Positions 1-9,758 of a stretch of DNA of 64,000 nt are shown here, one piece after another. This DNA comes from Spirochaetia bacterium (GTDB taxonomy: Bacteria; Spirochaetota; Spirochaetia; SP-2023). The notes beneath the pieces were generated by a model that worked only from the letters and a program-made list of their open reading frames with translations, was not told the origin of the DNA and searched no databases. The DNA lies in contig OZ253665.1 of the NCBI GenBank assembly GCA_965263295.1, forward strand, positions 288,001 to 352,000, read 5' to 3'. How positions within the stretch are numbered: position 1 is the stretch's first letter; the number at the start of each line of letters is the position of its first letter. A program made the translations under genes and the position numbers.

Positions 1-1797
1 GCGCAAGTTTTCTGTCATCTTTTGCGAAGCCGAACCCGATAACAACTGGGCGATACGTCGCCGCCCGACCGAAATACCTGCCACTTCCAGTTGACGTATG
101 CTATCCAGCACGATTAAGGCCGCACGTTGCGGCCGATTGAGCTGACTCAATAAATTGGGCTCTGCCAGAGCTTCCGAAGCATCATAATTGTGCCGCAGGC
201 CTTGGCGGAAACAATAGTCGCAGCAGACGGATGCACTTAGCTCCACATTGCCACTATGATCGCTAAAGTATGCCAGCAGAATTTGCCGGCGGCAAGAATC
301 AGTTTGAGCGTAGTGGGTCATCTGCTCTAATTGGCTCTTGCGGTGACTTTTATATTTTTCTAATTGCTGGATTGACGCTGCTGCTCTAGCCTCATGCCAA
401 GGACTTAATTGCAGATGCAGAGTGCCGTCTTCAATGCCAGACATGGCAAGCTCGGCATGCCGTAAGATCCCAGCCTTCTCCAGGTGTGAGAGAGCCAGCC
501 TTAATTTCTGCGCATTCCACCCCAAACGCTGACTCAAATCTTGCAGCCGGCAAACTAAGCTTACAGCTTCTCTGATACTTTCTGGCTTCTGATCTATGGC
601 ATACTCTTGCAGATGCTGGTATAATGTATACAAATTATTTGCATCAATACTATTTTGGCAAATAAAGAAATTTTGTAGTGAACGATCCTGTGGCGAATAC
701 AGTAACACGGCACGAGCTGGCCGCCCGTCACGCCCGGCACGTCCCGCTTCTTGATAATAGGCTTCCAGCGTAGCCGGTAAGCTATAATGTAGCACCAAGC
801 GTACGTCCGCGCGATCTATGCCCATGCCAAAAGCATTAGTGGCAACGACTATCCCCAATTTGCCAGCGCTAAAGTCATCTTGAATCTGTTCGCGCTGCGA
901 CACAGCCATGCCGGCATGGTAGCAAGCACACGGCAACTGCAAATTTTGGCCGATAAAAGTAGCCACCTCTTCCGTTTCTTTACGCGTTGCCACATAAACA
1001 ATGCAAGCTCCGGCACTTCCGTGTACAGTTCCCCTCTGCACTGGCCTGGCGCTTGTGACAGCAAACTGTTCTTGTAGCAACAGAGCCAGCTCCTGCAGTT
1101 TAGCCCGGGCTCCAGACGCATAAAATACCTCAAAGCTCAGGTTGGGGCGGTTAAATCCTGTGACAACACGCTGAGCTGCAGGTATGCCTAGTATCTGGAT
1201 AATGTCGTCTTGCACCAAAGTAGTCGCCGTGGCCGTCAAAGCCACAGTCAAAGGTTCTCCCAGTTCCTTGCGAGCTCCGGCTATGCGCCGATAATCTGGA
1301 CGAAAGTCATGTCCCCAGCTAGAAATACAATGAGCTTCGTCAATCACTAGCAGATTGATTTCTACATTTTTAAGAGCCTCCACAAAGGAGCTCTGCCGCA
1401 ATCGTTCGGGCGTGACATACACCAGGTCATAGTGGCCTTGCAACATCGCACTGCTACGTTGCCTCTGTTCGGCTCCACTCAAAGTGCTATTAATATATGT
1501 CGCCGCGATGCCTCGCGCATGTAAATTGTCTACCTGATCTTTCATCAGTGCGAGCAGAGGCGAGAGCACCAGAGTCAAAGATACGCTTTGCCCCAGCTGT
1601 CCCGCAGCCTCCGCGACCCTACATTTGCGACGCTCTGCCAAAGCCAAGGCGGAATATTGATAGATCAATGACTTCCCAGCACCGGTGGGCATTATCACCA
1701 AAGTATTATGCCCAGCAAGAATATGCCGGACTGCCCGTTCTTGCCCGCTACGGAACTCCTTGAAGCCAAAGTATCTCTGCAGTAAATCTTGCTTCAT
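1..1797 (-). CDS. recQ: ATP-dependent DNA helicase RecQ family (3' end runs off the window)
   Basis: Not in the ORF track because it is truncated; translated by hand. MKQDLLQRYFGFKEFRSGQ, Walker A MPTGAGKS, LSPLLALMKDQV, VIDEAHCISSWGHDFRPDY, YHAGM, VATNAFGMGID, YYQEAGRAGRDG, and the Zn motif CRRQILLAYF...CCDYC. Confidence 0.93.
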   Translation of the reverse strand, partial: MKQDLLQRYFGFKEFRSGQERAVRHILAGHNTLVIMPTGAGKSLIYQYSALALAERRKCRVAEAAGQLGQSVSLTLVLSPLLALMKDQVDNLHARGIAATYINSTLSGAEQRQRSSAMLQGHYDLVYVTPERLRQSSFVEALKNVEINLLVIDEAHCISSWGHDFRPDYRRIAGARKELGEPLTVALTATATTLVQDDIIQILGIPAAQRVVTGFNRPNLSFEVFYASGARAKLQELALLLQEQFAVTSARPVQRGTVHGSAGACIVYVATRKETEEVATFIGQNLQLPCACYHAGMAVSQREQIQDDFSAGKLGIVVATNAFGMGIDRADVRLVLHYSLPATLEAYYQEAGRAGRDGRPARAVLLYSPQDRSLQNFFICQNSIDANNLYTLYQHLQEYAIDQKPESIREAVSLVCRLQDLSQRLGWNAQKLRLALSHLEKAGILRHAELAMSGIEDGTLHLQLSPWHEARAAASIQQLEKYKSHRKSQLEQMTHYAQTDSCRRQILLAYFSDHSGNVELSASVCCDYCFRQGLRHNYDASEALAEPNLLSQLNRPQRAALIVLDSIRQLEVAGISVGRRRIAQLLSGSASQKMTENLR

Positions 1798-1856
1798 ATT
1801 AAATAAAAAGGAAGGAATACAAAATTATTGCTCGACGGTGCAGTGCTCTTTTGCCG

Positions 1857-4133
1857 TTACTGGCCAGGGCTCTCTCCCTGAGCTTGTTCTTCAGCGTCTC
1901 TGCTGCCCGTTTCCGTATCTCCCCTCGCCGCGTTAAACGACGCCCCTGTGTCGAGCTTATCAACAGCTTGTATAGACACAAAAGTATTATCGCTGTGTGG
2001 CTCAACTTTTTTATGGACACCTTTGCGATAACTTTCAGGGTCATCAAGCAATTTGCCATCTTTGAGCTCACGCCATAACACCAGGCTATCCAACTTCATG
2101 TTCAAAAGTTCTTTACTGGGATCGCGCCGCCTGTCGTGAATGTGGTAATTGTCGTGAATATAATCAGCTAGTATCCCATCCAGCTCATCACTCTCATCTC
2201 TAGAAAGATAATTTTGTTTACTAATTTCAGCCAACACTAACATGCGATAAAAAATATCAACCTTATTGTCCGTATTCTCAACTGCGGACAAAGACTTGCG
2301 TAACAATCGCACAGCTGCTGCGAAATCAGCTTGATATACATATAAATTGGCCATATTATAGTAAATACGCCAACTGGGATTTTGGGCGATTAAATCCTCA
2401 AAAACACTTTGCGCAGTATCAAAATCTCGCTTTAGAGTTGCGTTAATAGCCATGTATTCTTGGGCCCATACCGGAAAATCTTTTTCCTGTATGCGGGAAT
2501 CAGCATCCACTAAAACCAGATTACGATAACGTTCTAAAGCCAGGTCTACATCTTCTGTACGGTTTAAACCAATGAAATACCACAACAAATAATGCAGGAT
2601 CTGATCATATTGGGGAAATCGACTGAACAAGTCCCAAAGTTTACTGCTGAACTTCTGTCGATTGATACGCTTTTCTTCAAATATCAAAGAGGCCAGGACT
2701 AAATTAGGCTGGTTATTGGTATCCTTAGAAATAAGTTCACTTAACATACTTTTGGCATACTCTTTTTCATCCGCAGGGGCTACCATATTGAGTAACAGAA
2801 GTAGTTCACTCGCATGTGGAAAGGTGTTACGCCCCTGACGCAAAACTTCAAAAGCTGTGGCATTTTCGCCTAACTCGCGATAGGCCGCTGCAAGATTATA
2901 ATATAGTTCCCAGGACCCCAGGTTATCCGAAAGCCCTGCCGAATTGTGACTAACATCAAATTCTGGAGAGCTGATTGAGGTCTGAGCTGCCGATTCTGCC
3001 CCTTTCTCAATAAGATGATGGTCTTTCATTGCATGCAAGGACTTGTCCACCAGGCCAATAGCGGAATCCAGTACCCCAATAGCCTCGCGATACTTTCCTT
3101 GATAAACGTAGGCATCGCCCAAATATTGTAAGGTTTTAGCATTCAGATTCCCGGCCTGAACTTCCCTGATTCTCTCGTTTTCAAATAAGCGGCTAGCCAA
3201 AGACCAATCTTTGTTGTCATAAGCAATTAGGCCGGCGGCAAGACGATTGAGCCAGCTTTGCTCCTGCAATTCCCGAACCAAGGCCAAAGCTTTATCCTTT
3301 TCGCCTTGCAGCATATACAACAATGCCGCATTCCAGGCAAAGCGCGGTTGTCGCAACAAACGTGCTAAATTGATGTAAGTGGCTGCGGTATAGGGTGACT
3401 CACGAACAACCTCTGCAATACTCAAGTTGCCGATGTCATCCTCTTTGCGACTATTACGCTCTGCACGCCGATATTGGGCGCGTGCTTCCACAAGGCTGTA
3501 AACCAAGATTTCACCTTTTAAAGGCTGATAACGACTGGACTCCAAGTGATCGGAAGCCGCGATCGCCTGCGCCAGTTTATCCTGATTTAACAGGGCCGCA
3601 GCTCGATAAGCCCACAAATTCTCGTTCCCAGGTATATCTTTGACAGCGTAATTGGTTACTTTCAAGACATATGAGGCGCCCATTTCCAGGTCTGGGATTT
3701 GATACGCCCGCTTTATAAGGCGCAGATAATCCCGTTCATTGTCAGCTTTTTTGGCGGCACTCTGATACAACTTAATATTAGCGACACTCGCACCTCGTCC
3801 TTGAATCTGATCAATTTCTTGCAATATCGCTTCAAAGTTGCGCCCTTCACGAAAGACAAGGAATACCAGTAATATACCACTAAGTAAAAGCAAAAAAACA
3901 AAGACAAATGAAGTCGACACATTATTTCTGCCCCGCGCCGGACCGGACCGGGGCCATAGTTGTCGATTAAGCTTCCCAGATGATTTTGGGGGCTGGCCCC
4001 CAGGCCATGAATCAGCAGCTTTACTTCCATTTTTTACGCTACCGGGTTGCGCGCCTTTTTTTAAGACCTTTGCCGAAGTCGCAATTTGAGAATTATTGAG
4101 AACAAGCGGATTCTCTCCCGGCTCATCTGCCAA
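1857..4133 (-). CDS. Membrane-anchored tetratricopeptide repeat protein
   Basis: 758 aa ORF with a TTG start and AGGAGG upstream. One TM segment and several TPR-like helices (LQYLGDAYVYQGKYREAI, IYYNMANLYVYQADF). Follows nusB, as in other spirochaetes. Confidence 0.75.
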   Translation of the reverse strand: MADEPGENPLVLNNSQIATSAKVLKKGAQPGSVKNGSKAADSWPGGQPPKSSGKLNRQLWPRSGPARGRNNVSTSFVFVFLLLLSGILLVFLVFREGRNFEAILQEIDQIQGRGASVANIKLYQSAAKKADNERDYLRLIKRAYQIPDLEMGASYVLKVTNYAVKDIPGNENLWAYRAAALLNQDKLAQAIAASDHLESSRYQPLKGEILVYSLVEARAQYRRAERNSRKEDDIGNLSIAEVVRESPYTAATYINLARLLRQPRFAWNAALLYMLQGEKDKALALVRELQEQSWLNRLAAGLIAYDNKDWSLASRLFENERIREVQAGNLNAKTLQYLGDAYVYQGKYREAIGVLDSAIGLVDKSLHAMKDHHLIEKGAESAAQTSISSPEFDVSHNSAGLSDNLGSWELYYNLAAAYRELGENATAFEVLRQGRNTFPHASELLLLLNMVAPADEKEYAKSMLSELISKDTNNQPNLVLASLIFEEKRINRQKFSSKLWDLFSRFPQYDQILHYLLWYFIGLNRTEDVDLALERYRNLVLVDADSRIQEKDFPVWAQEYMAINATLKRDFDTAQSVFEDLIAQNPSWRIYYNMANLYVYQADFAAAVRLLRKSLSAVENTDNKVDIFYRMLVLAEISKQNYLSRDESDELDGILADYIHDNYHIHDRRRDPSKELLNMKLDSLVLWRELKDGKLLDDPESYRKGVHKKVEPHSDNTFVSIQAVDKLDTGASFNAARGDTETGSRDAEEQAQGESPGQ

Positions 4134-4265
4134 AGCTTTGCCCTCCTAAAATCAATACCCGCCAGGATGCCGACCAGCAAGAGGCGAACACTGAAATTAT
4201 CGGAATCCGCATGCCATCTGTTAGTTAAATCCTGACTCAGCTATTTTTTCTGATGAGAATGCAGA

Positions 4266-4772
4266 CTAGAATTCAGACTCACCGGGAGCCACCTCCTCAG
4301 GCGAGAATCTACTATCTGAATTCTCTAATTCACTGCGGAATTTTCTTGACAAACTGTGCAGGACCCCATTGACCAGGCGATAAGACTGTTCACTAGAGAA
4401 ACTATGGCACAGATTGACACATTCATCAATGATAACCTTAGACGGCGTGTCTAACAAGAATTGCAACATATAACAACCTAATCGTAATATGGCACGGTCC
4501 ACCGCCAGAAGTCGATCCATCGTCCAGTTTCGCAGCTCGCCAATAATATTCTCATCAAGTGAAGCCAAATTTTTCCCCACGCCTTGCACTAACAGCTTCG
4601 CCATTAGGAGTTCATCAGAGCTAGCTTCGCGATCCAACCAGGAGAAGTCCAGCACATCGGCTTCATCGGCTTTCGAGCCGAGCCGCTGTTGTTCTTGGGC
4701 ATATAAAACCTGTAGAGCGAGTATCCGCGCACGGCGCTGTAACTTTCGACCTGCCATATGATTTACAGTCAC
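4266..4772 (-). CDS. nusB: Transcription antitermination factor NusB
   Basis: RRARILALQVLY, VDRAILRLG, VIIDECVNL and LVNGVL motifs. Confidence 0.93.
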   Translation of the reverse strand: MTVNHMAGRKLQRRARILALQVLYAQEQQRLGSKADEADVLDFSWLDREASSDELLMAKLLVQGVGKNLASLDENIIGELRNWTMDRLLAVDRAILRLGCYMLQFLLDTPSKVIIDECVNLCHSFSSEQSYRLVNGVLHSLSRKFRSELENSDSRFSPEEVAPGESEF

Positions 4773-5839
4773 TTTTGCAAAGGCTTGTACAAAATCTTTA
4801 TTGTAGCTTCCTTGCGCAACTGCTCCATATATTTGCTAACTAACTCTTCCAGGCGTTTGGCCTGGGCCTGCTGCACTAGCAGGCTACGTACAGCATCCTT
4901 GACAGTTTGACCATTAGAGCCCGGAATCTCCGCGTCCAACTTATAAAGCCCAGCTGCCTGATAATCTGTGATCACAACTATATGGTAACCAACATTCGAT
5001 TGCAACATTGCAATCTCGCCTTTACGCAAAGTAAAAAGCTGATCAAAAAAGCTTTTGCCAAAAACTTTTTCCAACTCCGGCATACCGCGCGGTATATAGC
5101 TAACATCACCGCCGCGAGTCTTTGATTGCGGATCGTCAGAGTAGAGCGGTGCCAAGTCAGAAATCTTTTCACCGTTGACTTTAACGCGCTTCAGCAGGTC
5201 TTCAGCCTTATTTTTTACGGCTTTTTTGGCATTTTCATCCGTACTGTCAAACTGCACTAAAATCTGATTAAAACGGATCATGTCCTTGTGCACAAATTGT
5301 TGTAGATTTTCATTATAAGTATACTCTATCTGTTTGTCGGACGGCTCGGCAACATTCTGTAAATCACTACCATATTTTTTTTGCACAAAGCGACGAATAA
5401 TTATGCTATTGCGGGCATTATTTAAAAATTCCTTATAGGCCAGGCCTTTTTGCTCCAGGAGCTTACGCATTTCGGCCTCACTGAGCGGCTTGCCCGCCTG
5501 TTGCGAAACCATTTGCAGAGCAAAAGTATTCACCTCGTCGTCACTGACGGAAATGTCGTCGCGTTCGGCCGCCTGCAGTACCAAATGATTATTAATCAAA
5601 GACTCCAATACTTCCTTGCGATCATCGTCATCCAGCTGCCCACCTCGCAATTCGGCTAGACGACGGATCACCTCATTGTACTCTTTTCCTAAAATAACTT
5701 CAGTCTTGATCAAGCGAATAGTCGCCAGTGTCTCAGTATCTTTCTGGGCAAACAAAGCTGTCACAACAAAGCTGACAGACAACCAAGTCAAACCAGTCTT
5801 TAACAACAGCGTCGTACTTCTCGCCATATATCCATTCAT
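4769..5839 (-). CDS. surA: SurA-like peptidyl-prolyl isomerase/chaperone
   Basis: Signal peptide, SurA N-domain (VLESLINNHLVLQAA) and parvulin motifs YSDDPQSKTRGGDV and SNVGYHIV. Confidence 0.85.
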   Translation of the reverse strand: MNGYMARSTTLLLKTGLTWLSVSFVVTALFAQKDTETLATIRLIKTEVILGKEYNEVIRRLAELRGGQLDDDDRKEVLESLINNHLVLQAAERDDISVSDDEVNTFALQMVSQQAGKPLSEAEMRKLLEQKGLAYKEFLNNARNSIIIRRFVQKKYGSDLQNVAEPSDKQIEYTYNENLQQFVHKDMIRFNQILVQFDSTDENAKKAVKNKAEDLLKRVKVNGEKISDLAPLYSDDPQSKTRGGDVSYIPRGMPELEKVFGKSFFDQLFTLRKGEIAMLQSNVGYHIVVITDYQAAGLYKLDAEIPGSNGQTVKDAVRSLLVQQAQAKRLEELVSKYMEQLRKEATIKILYKPLQK

Positions 5840-5889
5840 AAATTATCTCGATTATTGCCTGCCCCGGAAAACCTTTCGCAGAATCAAAG

Positions 5890-6303
5890 TTATTTGTAAA
5901 TATTCAGACGCTGACCAATTGAGTGAGCCTCACTGGGCTTAACGACAATGTCTGACAGAAACAATACCAAGCCGCAGGACTCCAGCCAATTCATCCATAA
6001 CAGTAAGCTTTTACTCGCCCAAAGGCCTTTTCTCAAAAGGAAAGCATAAGCTGCCTTGCCTGAAATATTACCAATATTTTTCAAGCTTTGCCTGGCAGAA
6101 TTATCCAGTTTGCCAGAAAGTAGGGAGTAAGCTTCAATTCCCAGCAACAGGTAATCGTAAATAAACAAATTACTTGAGTCTTTCAAGCCATTAATCAGTG
6201 TCACATCATGCCCTTGTTTACCAACCCCTTGGGCGTAGGCCCTAGCTACTTGAGAAAGCCGGCCCTGTGTATTGGAACTAAAGTAAACAACGGCAACACG
6301 CAT
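5890..6303 (-). CDS. Flavodoxin-like fold protein
   Basis: MRVAVVYFSS...YAQGVGKQGHDVTLI...YDYLLLG, a flavodoxin-like pattern. GGAG RBS upstream. Confidence 0.6.
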   Translation of the reverse strand: MRVAVVYFSSNTQGRLSQVARAYAQGVGKQGHDVTLINGLKDSSNLFIYDYLLLGIEAYSLLSGKLDNSARQSLKNIGNISGKAAYAFLLRKGLWASKSLLLWMNWLESCGLVLFLSDIVVKPSEAHSIGQRLNIYK

Positions 6304-6479
6304 CCGTATCTCCTAAATATCTTGAAGCTCCAGAAATCCCAGCCAGTATACTAAAAAAATATGAACCGTTTGAGAATACATATAAATACGGGCCGAATAT
6401 CAATAAATATTTGATTGAAATCGACTCTGGATTCATGGCGAGATAGAAAACCCAATAAATGACTCCCGCAATCCAATCC

Positions 6480-6980
6480 CTAGTTCTCTTCCTTTGCTTC
6501 GGCTGTCTGCGCCTCAGCACCTGTACTCTCTTCTGTCTGCATTTCAACTGGTACATTGACCCGAACTGGTTCTTCAATATCCTGATCTTCCCCTGTGGCA
6601 GGAGCAGCAAGACCTCCTTCAGCTTTCACAGCATCTTCGGAATTGGCAGCATCTTCTGCCCCCGGAGTTTGCAAAAACCAAGATTCCTCTTCTAATTGTC
6701 CCTGATTTTGATATTCGCTCTGCGCTTCTTGCAAGGCATCGTAATTAACCCCAAAACGACTAATTACAAAGGCCACAGCTAGACACAACACCAAAAATGA
6801 AATCCCCAAGATCCTCGTCAATTTTCCCAAGAAGCTATCGCCGCTACTAAACGGACTCTGACCACTACTACCAAACAGACCCATTCCCGAACCTTGGTCA
6901 TCTTGCAGCAAAATCAACAATATCGTAATAATCGCTGATATAACCAGCAAGGTAATCAAAGTTGTCAATAAAGTTCCCAT
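6480..6980 (-). CDS. secG: Preprotein translocase subunit SecG with acidic C-terminal extension
   Basis: LILLQDDQGSGMGLFG...FLGKLTRILG, two TM segments, downstream of tpiA. Confidence 0.88.
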   Translation of the reverse strand: MGTLLTTLITLLVISAIITILLILLQDDQGSGMGLFGSSGQSPFSSGDSFLGKLTRILGISFLVLCLAVAFVISRFGVNYDALQEAQSEYQNQGQLEEESWFLQTPGAEDAANSEDAVKAEGGLAAPATGEDQDIEEPVRVNVPVEMQTEESTGAEAQTAEAKEEN

Positions 6981-7030
6981 AATTTACGTTTCCGCCTACC
7001 TCTTCCACCCATTTGAAAATTCTCTTCTAC

Positions 7031-7777
7031 TCAGAACCGAGTCAACGCGGCAAAGGATCCCGCTTCCAGGGAGGCGCCGCCCACCAGAGCACCGTTAATG
7101 TCACTCTCAGCCATCAAAGCCTTTACATTATCCGGTTTCACCGAACCGCCGTACTGGATCACAAGCTTTGCAGCGATATCTGCCGAGTACAGCTGAGTCA
7201 GCTTTTCACGGCAAGCCATATGAATTTGATTGGCATCTTCGGGACTGGCCGTCTTACCTGTACCAATGGCCCAAACGGGTTCATAAGCAATAACTACATT
7301 AACCATGTCGGCGGCGCTGACACCATTGAGGCACTCAGTTAATTGACGGCAACAGACATGGACAGCCTGGCCTGCCTCTCGTTCTTCCAAAATCTCACCA
7401 ACACATAAAATTGGCTTCAAACCCTGAGACAAGACTGTCTTCACCTTGGCATTAATGATTTGATCATTTTCACCGTAATACAGACGCCGTTCGGAATGCC
7501 CAAGAATCACATACTCAACACCCAAGTCTTTTAACATTAGGACAGAAGTTTCGCCGGTATAAGCACCTTCCAGATGTGCCGAAGCATTCTGTGCCGCCAG
7601 TTTGACATGGCTGGCGCGAATCGCGTCGGCCACTCTGGCCAAAGCGACAAAGGAAGGCGCGATGACTACTTCGCAACTAGCTCCAGCTGTTTGTTCTACG
7701 ACAGCCTTAGCCAAGGCCACAGCCTCCGATGGGGTTTTATTCAATTTCCAATTGCCCGCAATAATATACTTGCTCAT
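7031..7777 (-). CDS. tpiA: Triosephosphate isomerase
   Basis: IAGNWK, GHSERR, AYEPVWAIGTG, YGGSV, LVGGASL. Confidence 0.98.
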   Translation of the reverse strand: MSKYIIAGNWKLNKTPSEAVALAKAVVEQTAGASCEVVIAPSFVALARVADAIRASHVKLAAQNASAHLEGAYTGETSVLMLKDLGVEYVILGHSERRLYYGENDQIINAKVKTVLSQGLKPILCVGEILEEREAGQAVHVCCRQLTECLNGVSAADMVNVVIAYEPVWAIGTGKTASPEDANQIHMACREKLTQLYSADIAAKLVIQYGGSVKPDNVKALMAESDINGALVGGASLEAGSFAALTRF

Positions 7778-8664
7778 AAGGACTCCTCGGATGCAGAAGC
7801 GGCCTGCATCAATATTTTTTGTTGAATTTTATCAATCAGCCAGTCTGGCGAAGAGGCTCCGGCGGACAAGCCGATGCGTCGATATTTTCCCGCAGAAATT
7901 TCTGCAGGCACATCGTCTTCATCCGCACAATGCCAGGCGGGCAAACCAGACTCTTGCGCGATCAAAAAGAGCTCTTGCGTGTTGGCACTGTGCTTGCCCC
8001 CAATTACCACAATGGCATCCACCTTGCCAATTAGTTGACGCAAGGCATTTTGCCTGTCTAAAGTCGCCTGACAGACAGTATCTTCTACCAGGATATCTGG
8101 GCGTTTTCCACGCAGGATTTCCGCCACCCTCAGGAAGGTCTCGCGTTTCCAAGTACTCTGAGAGAGCAATACCAGTTTATCAATATTATCGGGAACTTCA
8201 TATCTTCGCGCCTCCTCCAGTGATTCAATTACCCGGCCGCGCCCGGCAAAACTGATCAGGCCGCGCACTTCAGAATGTTGGCCATCGCCAGTCAAAAGAA
8301 CAAAATACCCTTGTTTTGAGTATTCAATAATTTTATTCCTGATGTCGCGCACCAAAGGACAAATACCCTCAAGAATATCAACTCGGCGGTTCTTTAACGC
8401 TTCATAATCGCTCTTTGGAGCACCGTGAGCGCGGATCAGAACGGTCGCCCCCTCACTGACGCTCTCCACGCTGTCGATTGAACGCAGTCCCAAGCCCTCA
8501 AGACGCTCAATCTCACTTTTGTTGTGAATTAAATCGCCGACAGTCTCCAAACGAAATTTCGGCTTGCGGGCATTCTTGCGGAACTCCTGCTCCGCGAGAA
8601 TGATGGCGCGCTGAACACCACCGCAAAACCCAAGGACGTCTGCCCGAATGACTTCCATCTGCAA
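7774..8664 (-). CDS. ispH: 4-hydroxy-3-methylbut-2-enyl diphosphate reductase
   Basis: GFCGGVQRA, LIHN, IRAHG, ICPLV, TVCQAT, GGKHSANT, SAGASSP. Confidence 0.95.
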   Translation of the reverse strand: MQMEVIRADVLGFCGGVQRAIILAEQEFRKNARKPKFRLETVGDLIHNKSEIERLEGLGLRSIDSVESVSEGATVLIRAHGAPKSDYEALKNRRVDILEGICPLVRDIRNKIIEYSKQGYFVLLTGDGQHSEVRGLISFAGRGRVIESLEEARRYEVPDNIDKLVLLSQSTWKRETFLRVAEILRGKRPDILVEDTVCQATLDRQNALRQLIGKVDAIVVIGGKHSANTQELFLIAQESGLPAWHCADEDDVPAEISAGKYRRIGLSAGASSPDWLIDKIQQKILMQAASASEESL

Positions 8665-8675
8665 ATTACTGCCTA

Positions 8676-9755
8676 TTATTTCTTCTTGCGCCGCGCTTCG
8701 CGCCTTTTGCGCTTGGCCTCCGTGGCCAGCCGGATTTCTTCTGCACTTTGCTTTACCTGCGGCTTTTTTTCTTTTTTGGCAGCAATACTCAAACTGTCCG
8801 CCCCTGAGCTGGAATGACTTGGCCTCACGCCACTGACTACTTTTAGCGGGCCGCCTTCAAGTCCTTTGCGACGGCGCATATCAAAGTACAACACGAGCGA
8901 CGAGGCAATGTAGACCGAAGAATAGGTACCGACAGCCACGCCGACAATCAGTTCCAAGGCAAAGAGTTTGACCGAACCATAGGCAAAAAAGTAAATAGCC
9001 AGCACAGCCAGCAATGTCGTCAAACTGGTGATCAAAGTACGACTCAATGTCGCTGTCACTGAATAGTTAATAATATCCTGCAGATTGCTGGTGTGCATTG
9101 TCATGCGATTTTCGCGAATGCGGTCAAACACGACAATAGTATCGTTTAACGAGTAACCGATCACGGTCAAAATAGCCGCGATTGTAGTGCTGGAGAAATC
9201 GAGCTGAAAAGCGCCGATAAAACCGACCAGAATGACACTGTCGTGAATCAAGGCAATGATCGCAGCCAGCGCGTAGCGAAGCTGAAAGCGATACCAGATG
9301 TACAGCAAAATCAAAAACAGAACGAAAAAAGTTAAAACCAAAGTTTGCCAGCGCAGGTAAGCCGACTGAGTCGGACTCACCAAGTCGGAACCTTCTATCC
9401 GAACGATATCCAGACCTGCAATTTTTTCCTTGGCCTGTCTTTCAAACTCCGCAATGTTCTCTTCTTCACTCGCCAGCTTCAGTGAATAACGCTTCTGATC
9501 ATAAAGGGCATTATCCACAATGTTCTGCACCTGCACCGGCTTACGGAACAAAGGCCCGACTTTTTCTTCAATCGCCCGGGCGTCGCTCCCATGATCTGCA
9601 GTGACGGTAAAAATCACACCTGAACTAAAATCAATACTAAAGTTAAAGCCGCCGCGCACAACAGTCAGGGCAGCCAGAAGTAAAATAGCCGTAACGGAAA
9701 GGGCGAAAAACAGCTTGTTGTACTTGGTAAAACTAATGACCTTTGCAACAGTCAT
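8676..9755 (-). CDS. secF: Protein translocase subunit SecF
   Basis: FSIDFSSG, IGYSLNDTIVVFDRIRE, TLSRTLITS, GTYSS. Confidence 0.96.
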   Translation of the reverse strand: MTVAKVISFTKYNKLFFALSVTAILLLAALTVVRGGFNFSIDFSSGVIFTVTADHGSDARAIEEKVGPLFRKPVQVQNIVDNALYDQKRYSLKLASEEENIAEFERQAKEKIAGLDIVRIEGSDLVSPTQSAYLRWQTLVLTFFVLFLILLYIWYRFQLRYALAAIIALIHDSVILVGFIGAFQLDFSSTTIAAILTVIGYSLNDTIVVFDRIRENRMTMHTSNLQDIINYSVTATLSRTLITSLTTLLAVLAIYFFAYGSVKLFALELIVGVAVGTYSSVYIASSLVLYFDMRRRKGLEGGPLKVVSGVRPSHSSSGADSLSIAAKKEKKPQVKQSAEEIRLATEAKRKRREARRKKK

Positions 9756-9758
9756 ATT

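Noticed and set aside
6304..6479. tRNA-Leu commonly found after secG
   Set aside because: No cloverleaf or TTC(G/A)A T-arm with paired stems could be built.
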